A stretch of DNA of 63,833 nt, counting the filler, from Octopus bimaculoides (Eukaryota): the NCBI RefSeq assembly GCF_001194135.2. It is 4 parts of 4 records of this genome, joined end to end, with 100 filler letters (N's around TTAATTAATTAA, not from the genome) between each part and the next. Parts side by side here need not be neighbours in the genome. Positions count along the whole stretch, not along the records: positions 1 to 25,148 come from NC_068996.1; 3 more parts are not named here. One strand, given 5' to 3'. The notes under the pieces were generated by a model. The model was given only the letters and a program-made list of their open reading frames with translations, made no database searches and was not told where the DNA came from. Positions 10,895 to 21,589 of the stretch are shown one piece after another. The position numbers were made by a program, and so were the translations under genes. How positions within the stretch are numbered: the first letter of the stretch is position 1; every line of letters starts with the position of its first letter.

Positions 10895-11110
10895 GACAGA
10901 TTTATGTGTGTCTTTGTATCTGTGTTTCCCCACCACCACCACCACCATTGCTTGACAACCGGTGTTGTTGTGTTTACGTCCAAGTAAATTAGCGGTTCAA
11001 CAAAAGAGCCTGATGGTAAGGCATGGAGTCGCCTTTTCCGATTAGAAAAGGTAATGCTCCAGCATGGTCGCAGTCAAATGACTGAAACAAATTAAAGAAT
11101 AAAAGAATAT
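10895..11110 (+). mobile_element. SINE family B, 3' half
   Basis: GCTTGACAACCGGTGTTGTTGTGTTTACGTC..GCTCCAGCATGGTCGCAGTCAAATGACTGAAACAA. Confidence 0.8.
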
Positions 11111-11114
11111 GAAT

Positions 11115-11925
11115 AATATATAGTCTATATATATATATAGACTATATATATATATAGTCTATATATATATAGTCTATATATATATAGACTATATATATAT
11201 ATAGTCTATATATATATAGTCTATATATATATAGTCTATATATATATAGTCTATATATATATTGTCTATATATATATAGTCTATATATATATAGTCTATA
11301 TATATATAGTCTATATATATATAGTCTATATATATATAGTCTATATATATANNNNNNNNNNNNNNNNNNNNNNNNNNNNNNNNNNNNNNNNNNNNNNNNN
11401 NNNNNNNNNNNNNNNNNNNNNNNNNNNNNNNNNNNNNNNNNNNNNNNNNNNNNNNNNNNNNNNNNNNNNNNNNNNNNNNNNNNNNNNNNNNNNNNNNNNN
11501 NNNNNNNNNNNNNNNNNNNNNNNNNNNNNNNNNNNNNNNNNNNNNNNNNNNNNNNNNNNNNNNNNNNNNNNNNNNNNNNNNNNNNNNNNNNNNNNNNNNN
11601 NNNNNNNNNNNNNNNNNNNNNNNNNNNNNNNNNNNNNNNNNNNNNNNNNNNNNNNNNNNNNNNNNNNNNNNNNNNNNNNNNNNNNNNNNNNNNNNNNNNN
11701 NNNNNNNNNNTATATATATATAGTCTATATATATATAGTCTATATATATATAGTCTATATATATATTGTCTATATATATATATATAGTCTATATATATAT
11801 ATAGTCTATATATATATATATATATAGTCTATATATATATATATATATAGTCTATATATATATAGTCTATATATATATAGTCTATATATATACAGTCTAT
11901 ATATATATAGACTATATATATATAC
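11115..11925. repeat. (TA)n-GTC minisatellite spanning an N gap
   Basis: About 13-19 bp units TATATATATATAGTC with occasional GAC variants. Confidence 0.95.
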
Positions 11926-12302
11926 ACACACACGCACACAAAGTGAAAAGTGTGTATGTGTGTATGTGTGTGTGTGTGTATGTGTGTGTGTGTGTGTGTG
12001 AGTACATACTAGAGGAAAGATATATTTATATATATGTAACAAAGGCACAGGACTTCGAACTTGTGTCACTGTGTGGTTGATTAAATCGATCTCATAACGA
12101 TTACTTTATTTTATCGATTTCAGATGGATAAAAGACGAGGTCAACTTTGACTACATTACAAATCATATTGTAAAGAACTGAATCAACGTAGTTCTATTAA
12201 TGTCCAAATCTCTCTAAATTTATATCGTTAGCGATTTAGGCTCATGCTAGTTATGTCCCTTGTTTCTTTAACTCAAGAATTACAAATAAATGAAGTTTTT
12301 TT

Positions 12303-12446
12303 GGTAAATTTTCAGATTAACACCCGCACGATTTTCACTAGGGTGTTAGGGTTAGATTTTTAGGGTTTTAGAGTTAGGGTTAGGGACGGAATTCCCACCC
12401 TAACACCCTAGTGAAAATCGTGCGGGTGTTAATCTGAAAATTTACC
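12303..12446. mobile_element. 144-bp MITE with perfect 50-bp TIRs and internal TTAGGG-like repeats
   Basis: 12303-12352 is the exact reverse complement of 12397-12446. GTTTTTTT occurs on both flanks as a candidate 8-bp TSD. Confidence 0.85.
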
Positions 12447-12940
12447 GTTTTTTTTTAGTTTTGCAATAATAGATATTTCAAAGAAAACGAAACTATCTTA
12501 TGACACCATTAGTTACTCAAGTTATTGTAAAATTATAATTAAAAAATCTAAGGTGTGATAATAAATATCGTACATTTTAAAACTTTTTTTAGCTACAAAA
12601 TACGTTTTTTTTTCTTTCAAGGATATTGTAAATTTCTTTATTGAATATTTTCTTACAGTGAAACTCTCAAAATATCTGCCTCCGTTCTTATTTCATATTC
12701 TCTTAATTTTGTTTCTTTATAATTCTTTTTAAAATAATAAAAAAAAGGCAGGGTTTGTTTTATTAGATTGGACACTAAAATTAAAGACCTTGAGACATTC
12801 TAAAAAATATAGTAATTTACAAATTAACTCTCTTGGATTAGAACTGTCCTGCATCCGACAGCGAGGTTGTAGTTGGGGTGTTCCGGGATTTAGGAGAATG
12901 TGGAACCACTTCTTAGCCATTATTGTTCCCACATCTATTC

Positions 12941-13168
12941 TTATTTCTTTACTGCCCACAAGGGGCTACACACAGAGGGGACAAACAAGGACAGACAAAC
13001 AGATTAAGTTGATTATATCGACCCCAGTGTGTAACTGGTACTTATTTAATCAACCCCGAAAGGATGAAAGGCAAAGTCGACCTCGGCGGAATTTGAACTC
13101 AGAACGTAGCGGCAGACGAAATACCGCTAAGCATCTCGCCCTGTGTGCTAACGTTTCTGCCAGCTTCC
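12941..13168 (-). mobile_element. SINE family A, near full-length
   Basis: Reverse complement of the 40320-40550 copy, including the CCCACAAGGGGCTA tail. Confidence 0.9.
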
Positions 13169-13911
13169 CACATCTATTCTGATCCGGAGAAGAAGCACCT
13201 GTCAGGTTACCAACTGTGAATAAATCAATATGTAACCATCCGGGCCAGGGTACTTTAAAATCATGGGATGAAGCATGATGGATAGGAACTCTTTCAGTGA
13301 CACGAATTTTATTGAGTCAATGACGAATATCACTACATGTTTAAGCCAATGAACTGTCAATGGCCAGGATCAACCAACAAGTACAGTTAGCGAACTACTG
13401 CTATCACTTATAGTAGTGGACATACGAGATATTTATTTCAGCTAACAAAAGACTAATGGGACTGAAACCGAGGCCAGACGTTCATGTTTCGTCTCTCGAT
13501 CGGAGACATCTGGTGTAAAAGGGTCACACTGGTCCGAGCAGGTCGCCCGACCTGGGTGGAGGTTAGAAAGATCTCCATTATCTAAAAATATGCCAGAATA
13601 TAATTATGATATTTTATTTAATTGCATATGTTTTTATATACTTTAGTTTATCATAACAATAATAATATTTTAGTTTGGCGATCATCACAATAATTATTTT
13701 AGTAGAAATAATTACATTTTTAATTGTCAGTCATCAACGTATGCTTAAAGAAGCTGACATTTATAAGCATAAAACGGTGTCGGTAGAAAAAATGTTCCCA
13801 ACAGTAAAAGTTGTATTTCTAACGCAGGGGAGACTATACTGTTCAGCACTTCGGCACATTCTTGTTTATTGTATTAATTCCTTAAGAGAAGGTAACAATA
13901 TTAAGATAGAT

Positions 13912-14175
13912 TAAAGCGACCTTCTAGCAGAACCGTTAGCACGCCGGACAAAATAGACAGATAGATAAATAGATAGACAGACATATACAGGCAAAGTAAA
14001 ATATATAAGGTATATTTATCTTGTCCATAGCGTACACTGGGTACATCTTATGGAGTTTCTACCTACGCTTTTTCGATCTGTAGAAACTCCATAAGATGTA
14101 CATCTCGTCTGTTTTTTACGTTTTGAGTTCAAATTCCGCCGAGGTCGATAAAATAAGTACCAGTTGAACACTGAA
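13912..14175 (+). mobile_element. SINE family A split by a microsatellite/RTE-derived insertion (13956-14103)
   Basis: Head TAGCAGAACCGTTAGCACGCCGGACAAAAT at about 13925-13953 resumes as GAGTTCAAATTCCGCCGAGGTCGATAAAATAAGTACCAG after 14104. Confidence 0.7.
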
Positions 14176-14224
14176 TATAGTACCAGTACCAGTTGAACCG
14201 GTACCATAGTACCAGTTGAATATA

Positions 14225-14852
14225 GGAGCTCTCTGTACTTTGCCCAGCCTTATTCTAGCAGATACGCTCTTGGAGCTTTCACCCCTGCTACTGACTTGGT
14301 CACCTAGGTGATGGAAACTATCGACTACTTCTAATAAAAACCCCACNNNNNNNNNNACCCCACCCCGATATTTGGTGGAGTCTATTTTCTGTACATTTTT
14401 GGTGTTTATTGTACTTGTTAACTATTTTCCCTTTTAACCTTCCTCTGATATTGCTGCACTTCTTATGTATCCATAGCTTACACCGGGTACGTCTTATGGA
14501 GTTTCTACCTACATCTTTTCTACAAATTGAGCAGGGCCATCTACCTGAAGGCACTTGTGATTTGTCTGTTTTCCTACTTACTAAGACTTTGGTTTTTGCT
14601 AGATTAAATCTAAGGCCCTTTGATTCTAGACCTTGCTTCGTCATCATCATTTACCACCCACCTTCCATGCTGGTTCCATGCCATAAATTTCATCTCTAGT
14701 TGTGGTAGTGATTAAGCTAAAAGAACAATGTCATCAGCATAGAGGAGCTCCCAGGAGCAGTCTGTCTTAAATTCCTCTGTTATTTCCTGGAGAACTATGA
14801 TAATCAAGAGGGGGCTGAGGTCTGATCTTTGGTGAAAAATCTACTTGTAGCC
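14225..14852 (-). mobile_element. RTE LINE RT fragment
   Basis: LSPLLI..ELLYADD..GLESKGLRFNLAKTKVLVSRK..WPCSICRKDVGRNSI..VVDSFHHLGDQV on the minus strand. Confidence 0.9.
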
Positions 14853-15234
14853 TGGTGTCAATTCCATTCTAGTGGCCCGTAAATAGCACCATTAGGGCGT
14901 AATCGTTACCAGCGTTGCCTTCTAGCACTTGTGCTGGTGGCACATTAGAAAATCATTTGAGCGAGGTCGTTGCCAGTGCCGCTGGACTGGCTCCTGTGCA
15001 GGTAGCACGTAAAAAACACCTTTTGAGTGTGGCCGTTGCCAGTACCGTGAGACTGGCCCTCGTGTCGGTGGCACGTAAAAGCACCCACTGTACTCACAGA
15101 GTGGTTGGCATTAGGAAGGGCATCCAGCTGTAGAAATTCTGCCAAATCAGATTGGAGCCTGGTGCAGCCATCTAGTTTGTCAGTCCCCAGTCAAATCGTC
15201 CAACCCATGCTAGCATGAAAAGTGACCCTTAAAC

Positions 15235-15266
<32 letters not shown>
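14853..15266 (+). mobile_element. RTE LINE 3' end only (about 4 UTR modules, terminal region, (GAT)n tail)
   Basis: Repeated GGTGGCACGTAAAA(A)GCACC cores followed by GGTTGGCATTAGGAAGGGCATCCAGCTGTAGAAA and TTAAAC(GAT)n. Confidence 0.9.
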
Positions 15267-15267
<1 letters not shown>

Positions 15268-15364
15268 ATACCCACTTTTGCATTACTTCTAGTTCAACCC
15301 TGATATATATGCAGGAACCCACCCCCAAAAATAAACACCCTTCATTATATGCAGGTGCATGCAT

Positions 15365-16845
15365 GAATACCACCATCATCCTCATTGTCTTTTAGCATCC
15401 TTGTTTCATGCTAGCCTAGGTTGTATTGTTTTACAGGATCTAGCAATTTCAAAGACTGCACTGTGCTCTAACGTCTGCTTTGACATAGTTTCTACAACCA
15501 GATGTCCTTCCTAACACCAACCACTTTTCCTCATGTATTAGATGCTGTCTTGGTGGCAGAAGCACTTCTGCAAGCAGCTGTGTGGGACTAGAATAGAGTC
15601 CTATTTGATAAGAGGTTAAATTGAGAGAGAAGGGGTCAGAATAGGTGTTTGGCTGTAGAGAAGCCAGACAGCTAGTCACATCATAGAAGAAAGGATTGGA
15701 GTAAATAGAGCAGAACTAGGAAGTGATTAAGAAATAGTGGTGATGAGGTGTCAGGGTTGACCCTGAAGATATGGAATGAGAAGTGAGTGGGAACAGGAGA
15801 ACAGTGTGTTAGTGGGTTACAAAAGTGTGGGGGAGAATGAGAGATGATTAGTGGTAGGGAACAGGTGGAAGGGTGAATAGTATGAAGAAGTGTTGATGGA
15901 TGATAAGCAGGGGAGGTAGGGAACAGGAGATGATCGACAACACAGAAAAGGAAGTAAGGGGAATGAAGAATGGTAGAATAGTTATAGTGATAGTAATGAT
16001 ACAGTGGACAAGGGAAGAAAGAGAGAAAATGAGAGGGAGGGATAACTGAAATGTAGATGGGCAGGTGGAGTAAATGGTGCGATAAAGACAAGGGATGATG
16101 AAGGAATGATCATTTTGTGGTGAAGGAAGGTGATCAATATAAAATGTCAGTGGAGAGGACAGTTTTAAAAATGGAAAATGGATGACAGTGAAATAGTTTC
16201 AAGTAGTAGTAAGTGGTATCAGGGTAAAAAAAAATGAAGTGTACAGTCTTGTTCATGTTTAATTGCAGCAGCATAATAGTGCAGTTAGAGAAATAAAGGG
16301 AGATGAAAATATCTTGAAGAGGAAATTTGGCGAACAGTTGTGCATATATTAACTAATTGTACTTCCAAATTTCAGTTTATCCTGATGTAGGTGTCATCTT
16401 AAGAAATTTGTATTGCCAGAATTCCTGGTCTTTTACCATCTCCTCTGAGGTCCCAAAATCAGCCTTCATTTCTTTGTCCCATGTCCTCCTATGACTCCCA
16501 CTTCCACCTGCTCCATTTATATTAAATGAGCCACAATTTTTTTGTACAGATTTCTTCATCCATACACACCACAGTGTGGTCTCTTTCCTGCATACTGCAT
16601 CTTATTCTTTTTATATGCAGTTTTTCTCTTGATACATTTGTATTTTATCATTCGTGCACACTTGCATTGTACATCAGCAGAGCCTGCTGGCTTCATTTCT
16701 TTTCAGTCTTCTCAAATCCTCTGCATTCAAAGCCCATGTCTCACTACCATGCAGCATTGTAATTCTAACACAAGTCTCCTACAATCTGCTATTCACACAG
16801 ACCTTTGTTACTTGATGACATTTTCTGTACTTTTCTCATTTGTTT
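15365..16845 (-). mobile_element. Old RTE LINE copy, long-3'UTR subfamily
   Basis: ORF C-terminus (KKSVQKNCGS..GSGSHRRTWDKEMKAD) at 16380-16845, purine-rich (on +) UTR at 15600-16340, terminal motif CCAGATGTCCTTCCTAACACCAACCAC at about 15500. Confidence 0.75.
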
Positions 16846-16889
16846 AATTCACACTTATTGGTCAATTCATGGTACTGATAGAACCTCAT

Positions 16890-17352
16890 CGGCACATAAA
16901 TTCCCTTGGACTTAAGATCCAAATAGAAACCAACCTGAAAATGGTGGATTTCCATGGACTTAGAGGCCAGTACTTATAGACCTTTTAGGAAGCCAAATGA
17001 GAGGCTATCATATATTAACACAAGTTCCTGTCATCCAGTCATAGTATTCAAGAATCTGGAAAAAGGCATCAACAGACGAATTTCCAACCTATCTTCATGC
17101 AAAGGAATTTTAGACACTGCTGCCCCATACTATATTGAGGTTCTGGTCATTAACAGTTTTAAGGAAAGGATTAGTTATATGCCAAACACCAAACTCTCCA
17201 AGAGAAAATGTCGCCAGAAAATTCTGCAGTTCACACTACCTCTCTCCTTAAGTGTTAAAACCTCTTTGGGCAAGATTTTCCTCAGCTTAGTAAACAAACA
17301 CTACCCTTGTATAAATAGTTTCAGTAAAATATTTAATGGGCACACCCTGAGG
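16890..17352 (+). mobile_element. Penelope-like element fragment (RT thumb/linker)
   Basis: GLKIQIETNLKMVDF..DLEASTYRPFRKPN..SYINTSSCHP..GINRRISNLSS..AAPYY..KRKCRQKILQFTLPLSLSVKTSLGKIFLSLVNKHYP..KIFN matches the PLE pattern 'YRPYRKPN...SNHP...RRIS.LS...IIWFNPP...NVKT.IGK.FL.L..KHFP...KIFN'. Confidence 0.85.
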
Positions 17353-18926
17353 GCTTCCTTCTATACTGATGACTTTGCTCTAATAGCCGAGTCATTGCCA
17401 GAACTGGAGACTAAGTTTAGGTTGCAGAATCAAGGTTTTGAATCGAAGGGCCTTAAGGTTAACCTAGCAAAAACCAAAGCCTTAGTAAGTAGGAAGGCTG
17501 TCAAATCACAACCCCCTTTAGGTAGATGGCCCTGCTCTCTGTAGAAAAGGCATGGACAGAAACTCCATACAATGTACCTGGTGTGAGCTTTGGACACATA
17601 AGAGGTGCAGCAATATCAAAGGATGGTTAACAGGGAAAATAGTTTTTGTGTGTGACAGATACACAGGGGCAATAAACACTGAAGATGTACAGAAAACAGA
17701 TTCCATCACATGCCAGTGGAAGAAACTAGAAGTAGTTAATAGTTTCTGCTACCTAGGCGACCAAGTCTGTAGTGGGGGTAGTTTCTCAGAGAGTGCAGTG
17801 ACTAGAGTAAGAATAGCTCCTACCTCTGCTGGCAACTAAGGGCCTCTCACTCAGGGTGAAAGGTAGACTGTATGATGCATGTGTGTGAACTGCCATGCTA
17901 CACAGCAATGAGACATGGGCCATGACTGCTGAGGAGATGCATAGGCTTGAAAGAAATGAAGCCAGTATGATCCATTGGATGTGTAATGTCAGTGTGCACA
18001 CACGAGAGAGTGTAAGTGCCCTGAGAGAAAAATTGGACATAAGAATGTGGTGTGCAAGAGAGACGACTGCACTGGTATGGTCATGTGTTACATATGGATG
18101 AGGACAGCTGTGTGAAGAAGTGCCACTCCCTAACAGTGGAAGGAACTTGTGGAAGAGGTAGAGCCAGGAAGACATGGGATGAGGTGGTGAAGCATGACCT
18201 TCAAACACTGGGCCTCACAGAGGCAATGACAGGAGACCGAGACCTTTGGAGATATGCTGTGATTGAGAAGACTCACCAACTAAAGTGAGATCGCAGCCAC
18301 GTACATCCAGCCCTGTTAGGAATACTCCTGATGTGTCGGGTGACATGATATGCTTGAGAAGATCTGTTGAGTCAAATAAAACCAATATCGTAGCTGGGGC
18401 CGATGCCCCCTGACTGGCTCTTGTGTCGATGGCATGTAAAAAGCACCATCTGAACGTGTTCATTGCCGGGCCCACCTTACTGGCTCCCATGCCAGTGGCA
18501 TGTAAAAAGCACCAAACGTTCATGGCCAATGCCAGTACCCTGAGAGACTGGCTCTTGTGCTAATGGCACGTAAAAAGCACCATCTGAACATGTTTGTTAC
18601 CAGGCCTGCGTTACTGGCTCCAGTGCTGGTGGCACGGAAAAAGCACCAACCAATCGTGACCGATGCCAGTACCCCCTCATTGGGTCCTGTGCCAGTGGCA
18701 CATTAAAAGCACCATCCAAATGTGATCGTTGCAGGCCTGTTATACTAGCTCCTATGCCAGTGGCACGTAAAAAGCACCCACTATACTCTCAGAGTGGTTG
18801 GCATTAGGAAGGGCATCCTGCTGTAGAAACTCTGCCAGACCAGATTGGAGCTTGGTGCAGCTGCTGGCTCTCCAGACTTCAGTCAAACTGTCCAACCCAA
18901 GCCAGCATGGAAAGCAGACGTTAATC

Positions 18927-18977
<51 letters not shown>

Positions 18978-18978
18978 A
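17353..18978 (+). mobile_element. 5'-truncated RTE LINE (from YADD onward) with 6-module 3' UTR and (GAT)n tail
   Basis: YTDDFAL..GLKVNLAKTK..CTWCELWTHKRC..VVNSFCYLGDQV..LHSNETW..RRLHWYGHV..GRGRARKTW..AVIEKTHQLK*, followed by UTR and tail. Confidence 0.95.
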
Positions 18979-18980
18979 TA

Positions 18981-19196
18981 TGAGGGGTGCTGAAAAGTAC
19001 TTGGCTTTTGGTAAAAGAAAATACAGGAGGAACAGTTAATTATGATTTTATTCAACATATTCCTCTCTCAGATTCACACACTTATTGCAGTGGTCCTTCA
19101 GATTTTCTGAGCCCTGTAAAAGAACTCAGAAGGTTGGACCTCCAACCAGGCCTTTCACGATACCCTTAAAGCCAGGAACTTTTCAACACCCCCTCG
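18981..19196. mobile_element. Tc1/mariner-type MITE, TA TSD
   Basis: TA-TGAGGGGTGCTGAAAAGTACTTGGCTTT ... AAAGCCAGGAACTTTTCAACACCCCCTCG-TA. A partial tandem copy follows at about 19222-19360. Confidence 0.85.
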
Positions 19197-19884
19197 TATA
19201 TATATATGTGTGTGTGTGTGTGTTTATTCAACATATTCCCTCTCACTTATTGCAGCAGTCGTTCAGTTTTTCTAAGCCCTGCAAAAGAACTCAGACGGTT
19301 GGGCCTCCAACCATGCCTTTTGTGTTACCTTTAAAGCCAGGAACTTTTCAACACCGTCTCATATAGTAGTCCTACACACACTCCATACGTACACAAATAT
19401 TCCAAAGAATCTAAACAAAACATTAACACACACAAATGAACACACAGGTTCCTTTGTGACCTTTGGGCACCCGTCCATCACCACCAAAACCCCACCCCAC
19501 TCCCTAAAAACGCTACACATGAAATACCACTGCATACATTCCAGTTCCACATGCACACCAACCATAAAGCATAAGGACATTTTTCATACAAACATTTCCA
19601 GAAAACTCATGGAGGTGAGATTTTTTTTTTGTGCCAAGGGACATAACTCTTAACTTAACTCTTACTCGGTCTGTTCCATTGCCTTTTTTACCATAATTAT
19701 CAACTGCCCCTTTTAATACAAATCACCAAGAAATGGATCAATTTATTCACAAAGAAGGGCGAATAACAATCTGTGAGAAGAGATGTGTGCAAGACATATA
19801 CGAAAACCATAGATATATGTATAGTCAGGCTGTCGGAAGTGCATAAGGGGATTGCATGAGAGACAAATACTTAAGATAGAATAA

Positions 19885-20368
19885 TCTTTTCTACAATAAG
19901 CACAAGGCCTGGAATTTGCAGGGAGTGGGTAAATTTATCACATCAACCCCAGCATTTGACTGGTACTTAATTTATCGAAAGGATGAATGGCAATGTTGAC
20001 CTCAGCAGAATTTCTTTTCTACTCAAGGTACAAGGCTCGAAATTTTGGGGGAGGGGTGGGGGGCAGTCGATTAGATCGACCACAGTACGCAACTGGTACT
20101 TTAATTTATCGATACCCGAAAGAATGACAGACAAAGTCGACCTCAGAGGAATTTCTTTTCTACTCCAGGCACAAGGCCCGAAATTTTTGGGGAAGGGGCC
20201 AGTCGATTAGATCGACACCAGTATGCAACTTGTACTTTAATTTATCGACCCCCGATAGGATGAAAGGCAAAGTCAACTTCAGGAATTTGAACTCAGAATT
20301 AGCGATGGGTGAAATACCATTAAGCATTTTGTCCAGTGTGCTAACGATTCTGCCAGCTCACCACCTTT
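19885..20368 (-). mobile_element. SINE family A with three tandem body/tail units
   Basis: Three units of about 130-140 bp each containing GTACTT(T)AATTTATCGA..AAAG(G/A)ATGA..GTCGACCTCAG; only one tRNA-like head (20285-20368). Confidence 0.8.
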
Positions 20369-20670
20369 CCAAAAGATAGAATAATGAAGAGCTGAAAAGA
20401 TAGTAATGAAATAAAAATATAAAAATAATACAAGATGAGGGAAAAGATGGAATGAGATGATATTAAGCAAAATTTGGGATTATTAAGAATGATAAGAAAG
20501 GAAAGGGATGAAATTAGTTAAAAGCAGACAGAGAAAATAGTGAAAGTGTATATTAATGACTTGTGGGGACATGGTATTTCGTTATGCAACCATAATATTC
20601 TACAAAGTATATTAAACGTTTTTATAAGTCAATACCATGTTCTACTGTATTAATAGTGTGTTTTATATTA

Positions 20671-21105
20671 CTTACTCTTTACTCTTTTACTTGTTTCAGT
20701 CATTTGACTGCAGCCATGCTGGAGCACCGCCTTTAGTTGAGCAAATCGACCCCAGGACTTATTCTTTATAAGCCTAGTACTTATTCTATCGGTCTCTTTT
20801 GCCGAACTGCTAAGTTACGGGGACGTAAGCACACCAGCATCGGTTGTNNNNNNNNNNNNNNNNNNNNNNNNNNNNNGGGGGGGGGGGGGGCAAACACAGA
20901 TACACAAACATATACACATATATATATATATATACATATATACAACAGGCTTCTTTCAGTTTCCGTCTACCAAATCCACTCACAAGGCTTTGGTCGGCCT
21001 GAGGCTATAGTAGAAGACACTTGCCCAAAGTGCCACGCAGTGGGACTGAACCCGGAACCATGTGGTTGGTATGCAAGCAACTTACCACGCAGCCTCTCCT
21101 GCGCC
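20671..21105 (-). mobile_element. SINE family B, full length
   Basis: Complete reverse complement from GGCGCAGGAGAGGCTGCGTGGTAAG to the ..GAAACAAGTAAAAGAG tail. Confidence 0.9.
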
Positions 21106-21589
21106 CACTTGTTAAGGTTATCTCTACAGATATTCAATAGAAATTATAGCCTGCACTGAGATGGAACATTGTAACAAAAATCAGTGTTGACTATAATTTC
21201 TATTGAAAATCTGTAGAGATGGCCTAAACAAGTGTTGAAACTGTATAGGGTAAATATATAGGGGAATTGATGAGAATAAGTTATAAATAAACCATTGATG
21301 AAATAAGATATGAATGTCTTATAGGCCTAATCATTTTCTCTCAGATTGTTCTCAAAAATAAATTTTAATTTCAAAATATCAGTTTGGTTTGACTTCATTA
21401 TTACAACTCATACAACGCAATGCCAGTCTTGACTCCACTTATGCGGATGTTCTAACAACAATTTGAAGCAATTGTTTTTATAATTGACTTTGGGGTCAAA
21501 TATTCTGGCACCATGCACCACTTCTTAGCATAACACACAGTATATATATATATATATACAATATCATCATCGTCATCATCATCATCATC

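Noticed and set aside
12353-12396. Interstitial telomere or chromosome-fusion scar
   Set aside because: Only a few degenerate units, enclosed by perfect TIRs; better explained as part of a MITE.
13190-13560. Possible LINE remnant (PGPDG on minus strand) and hammerhead-like GAAAC..GUC
   Set aside because: A single short motif with no further RT context, and the hammerhead core and stem I cannot be completed.
18412-18778. CRISPR array (about 35-nt repeats, about 31-nt spacers)
   Set aside because: The 'spacers' are homologous to each other and alternate in two types. The array is a fixed part of an RTE 3' UTR seen in four copies, the context is eukaryotic, and no cas genes are present.
18412-18778. 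Pistol or twister ribozyme identity for the UTR module
   Set aside because: P1 plus the A-rich linker resembles pistol, but there is no room for P2 before the pseudoknot strand and the twister GAGGG/pseudoknot partners are missing. No known ribozyme core could be fitted.
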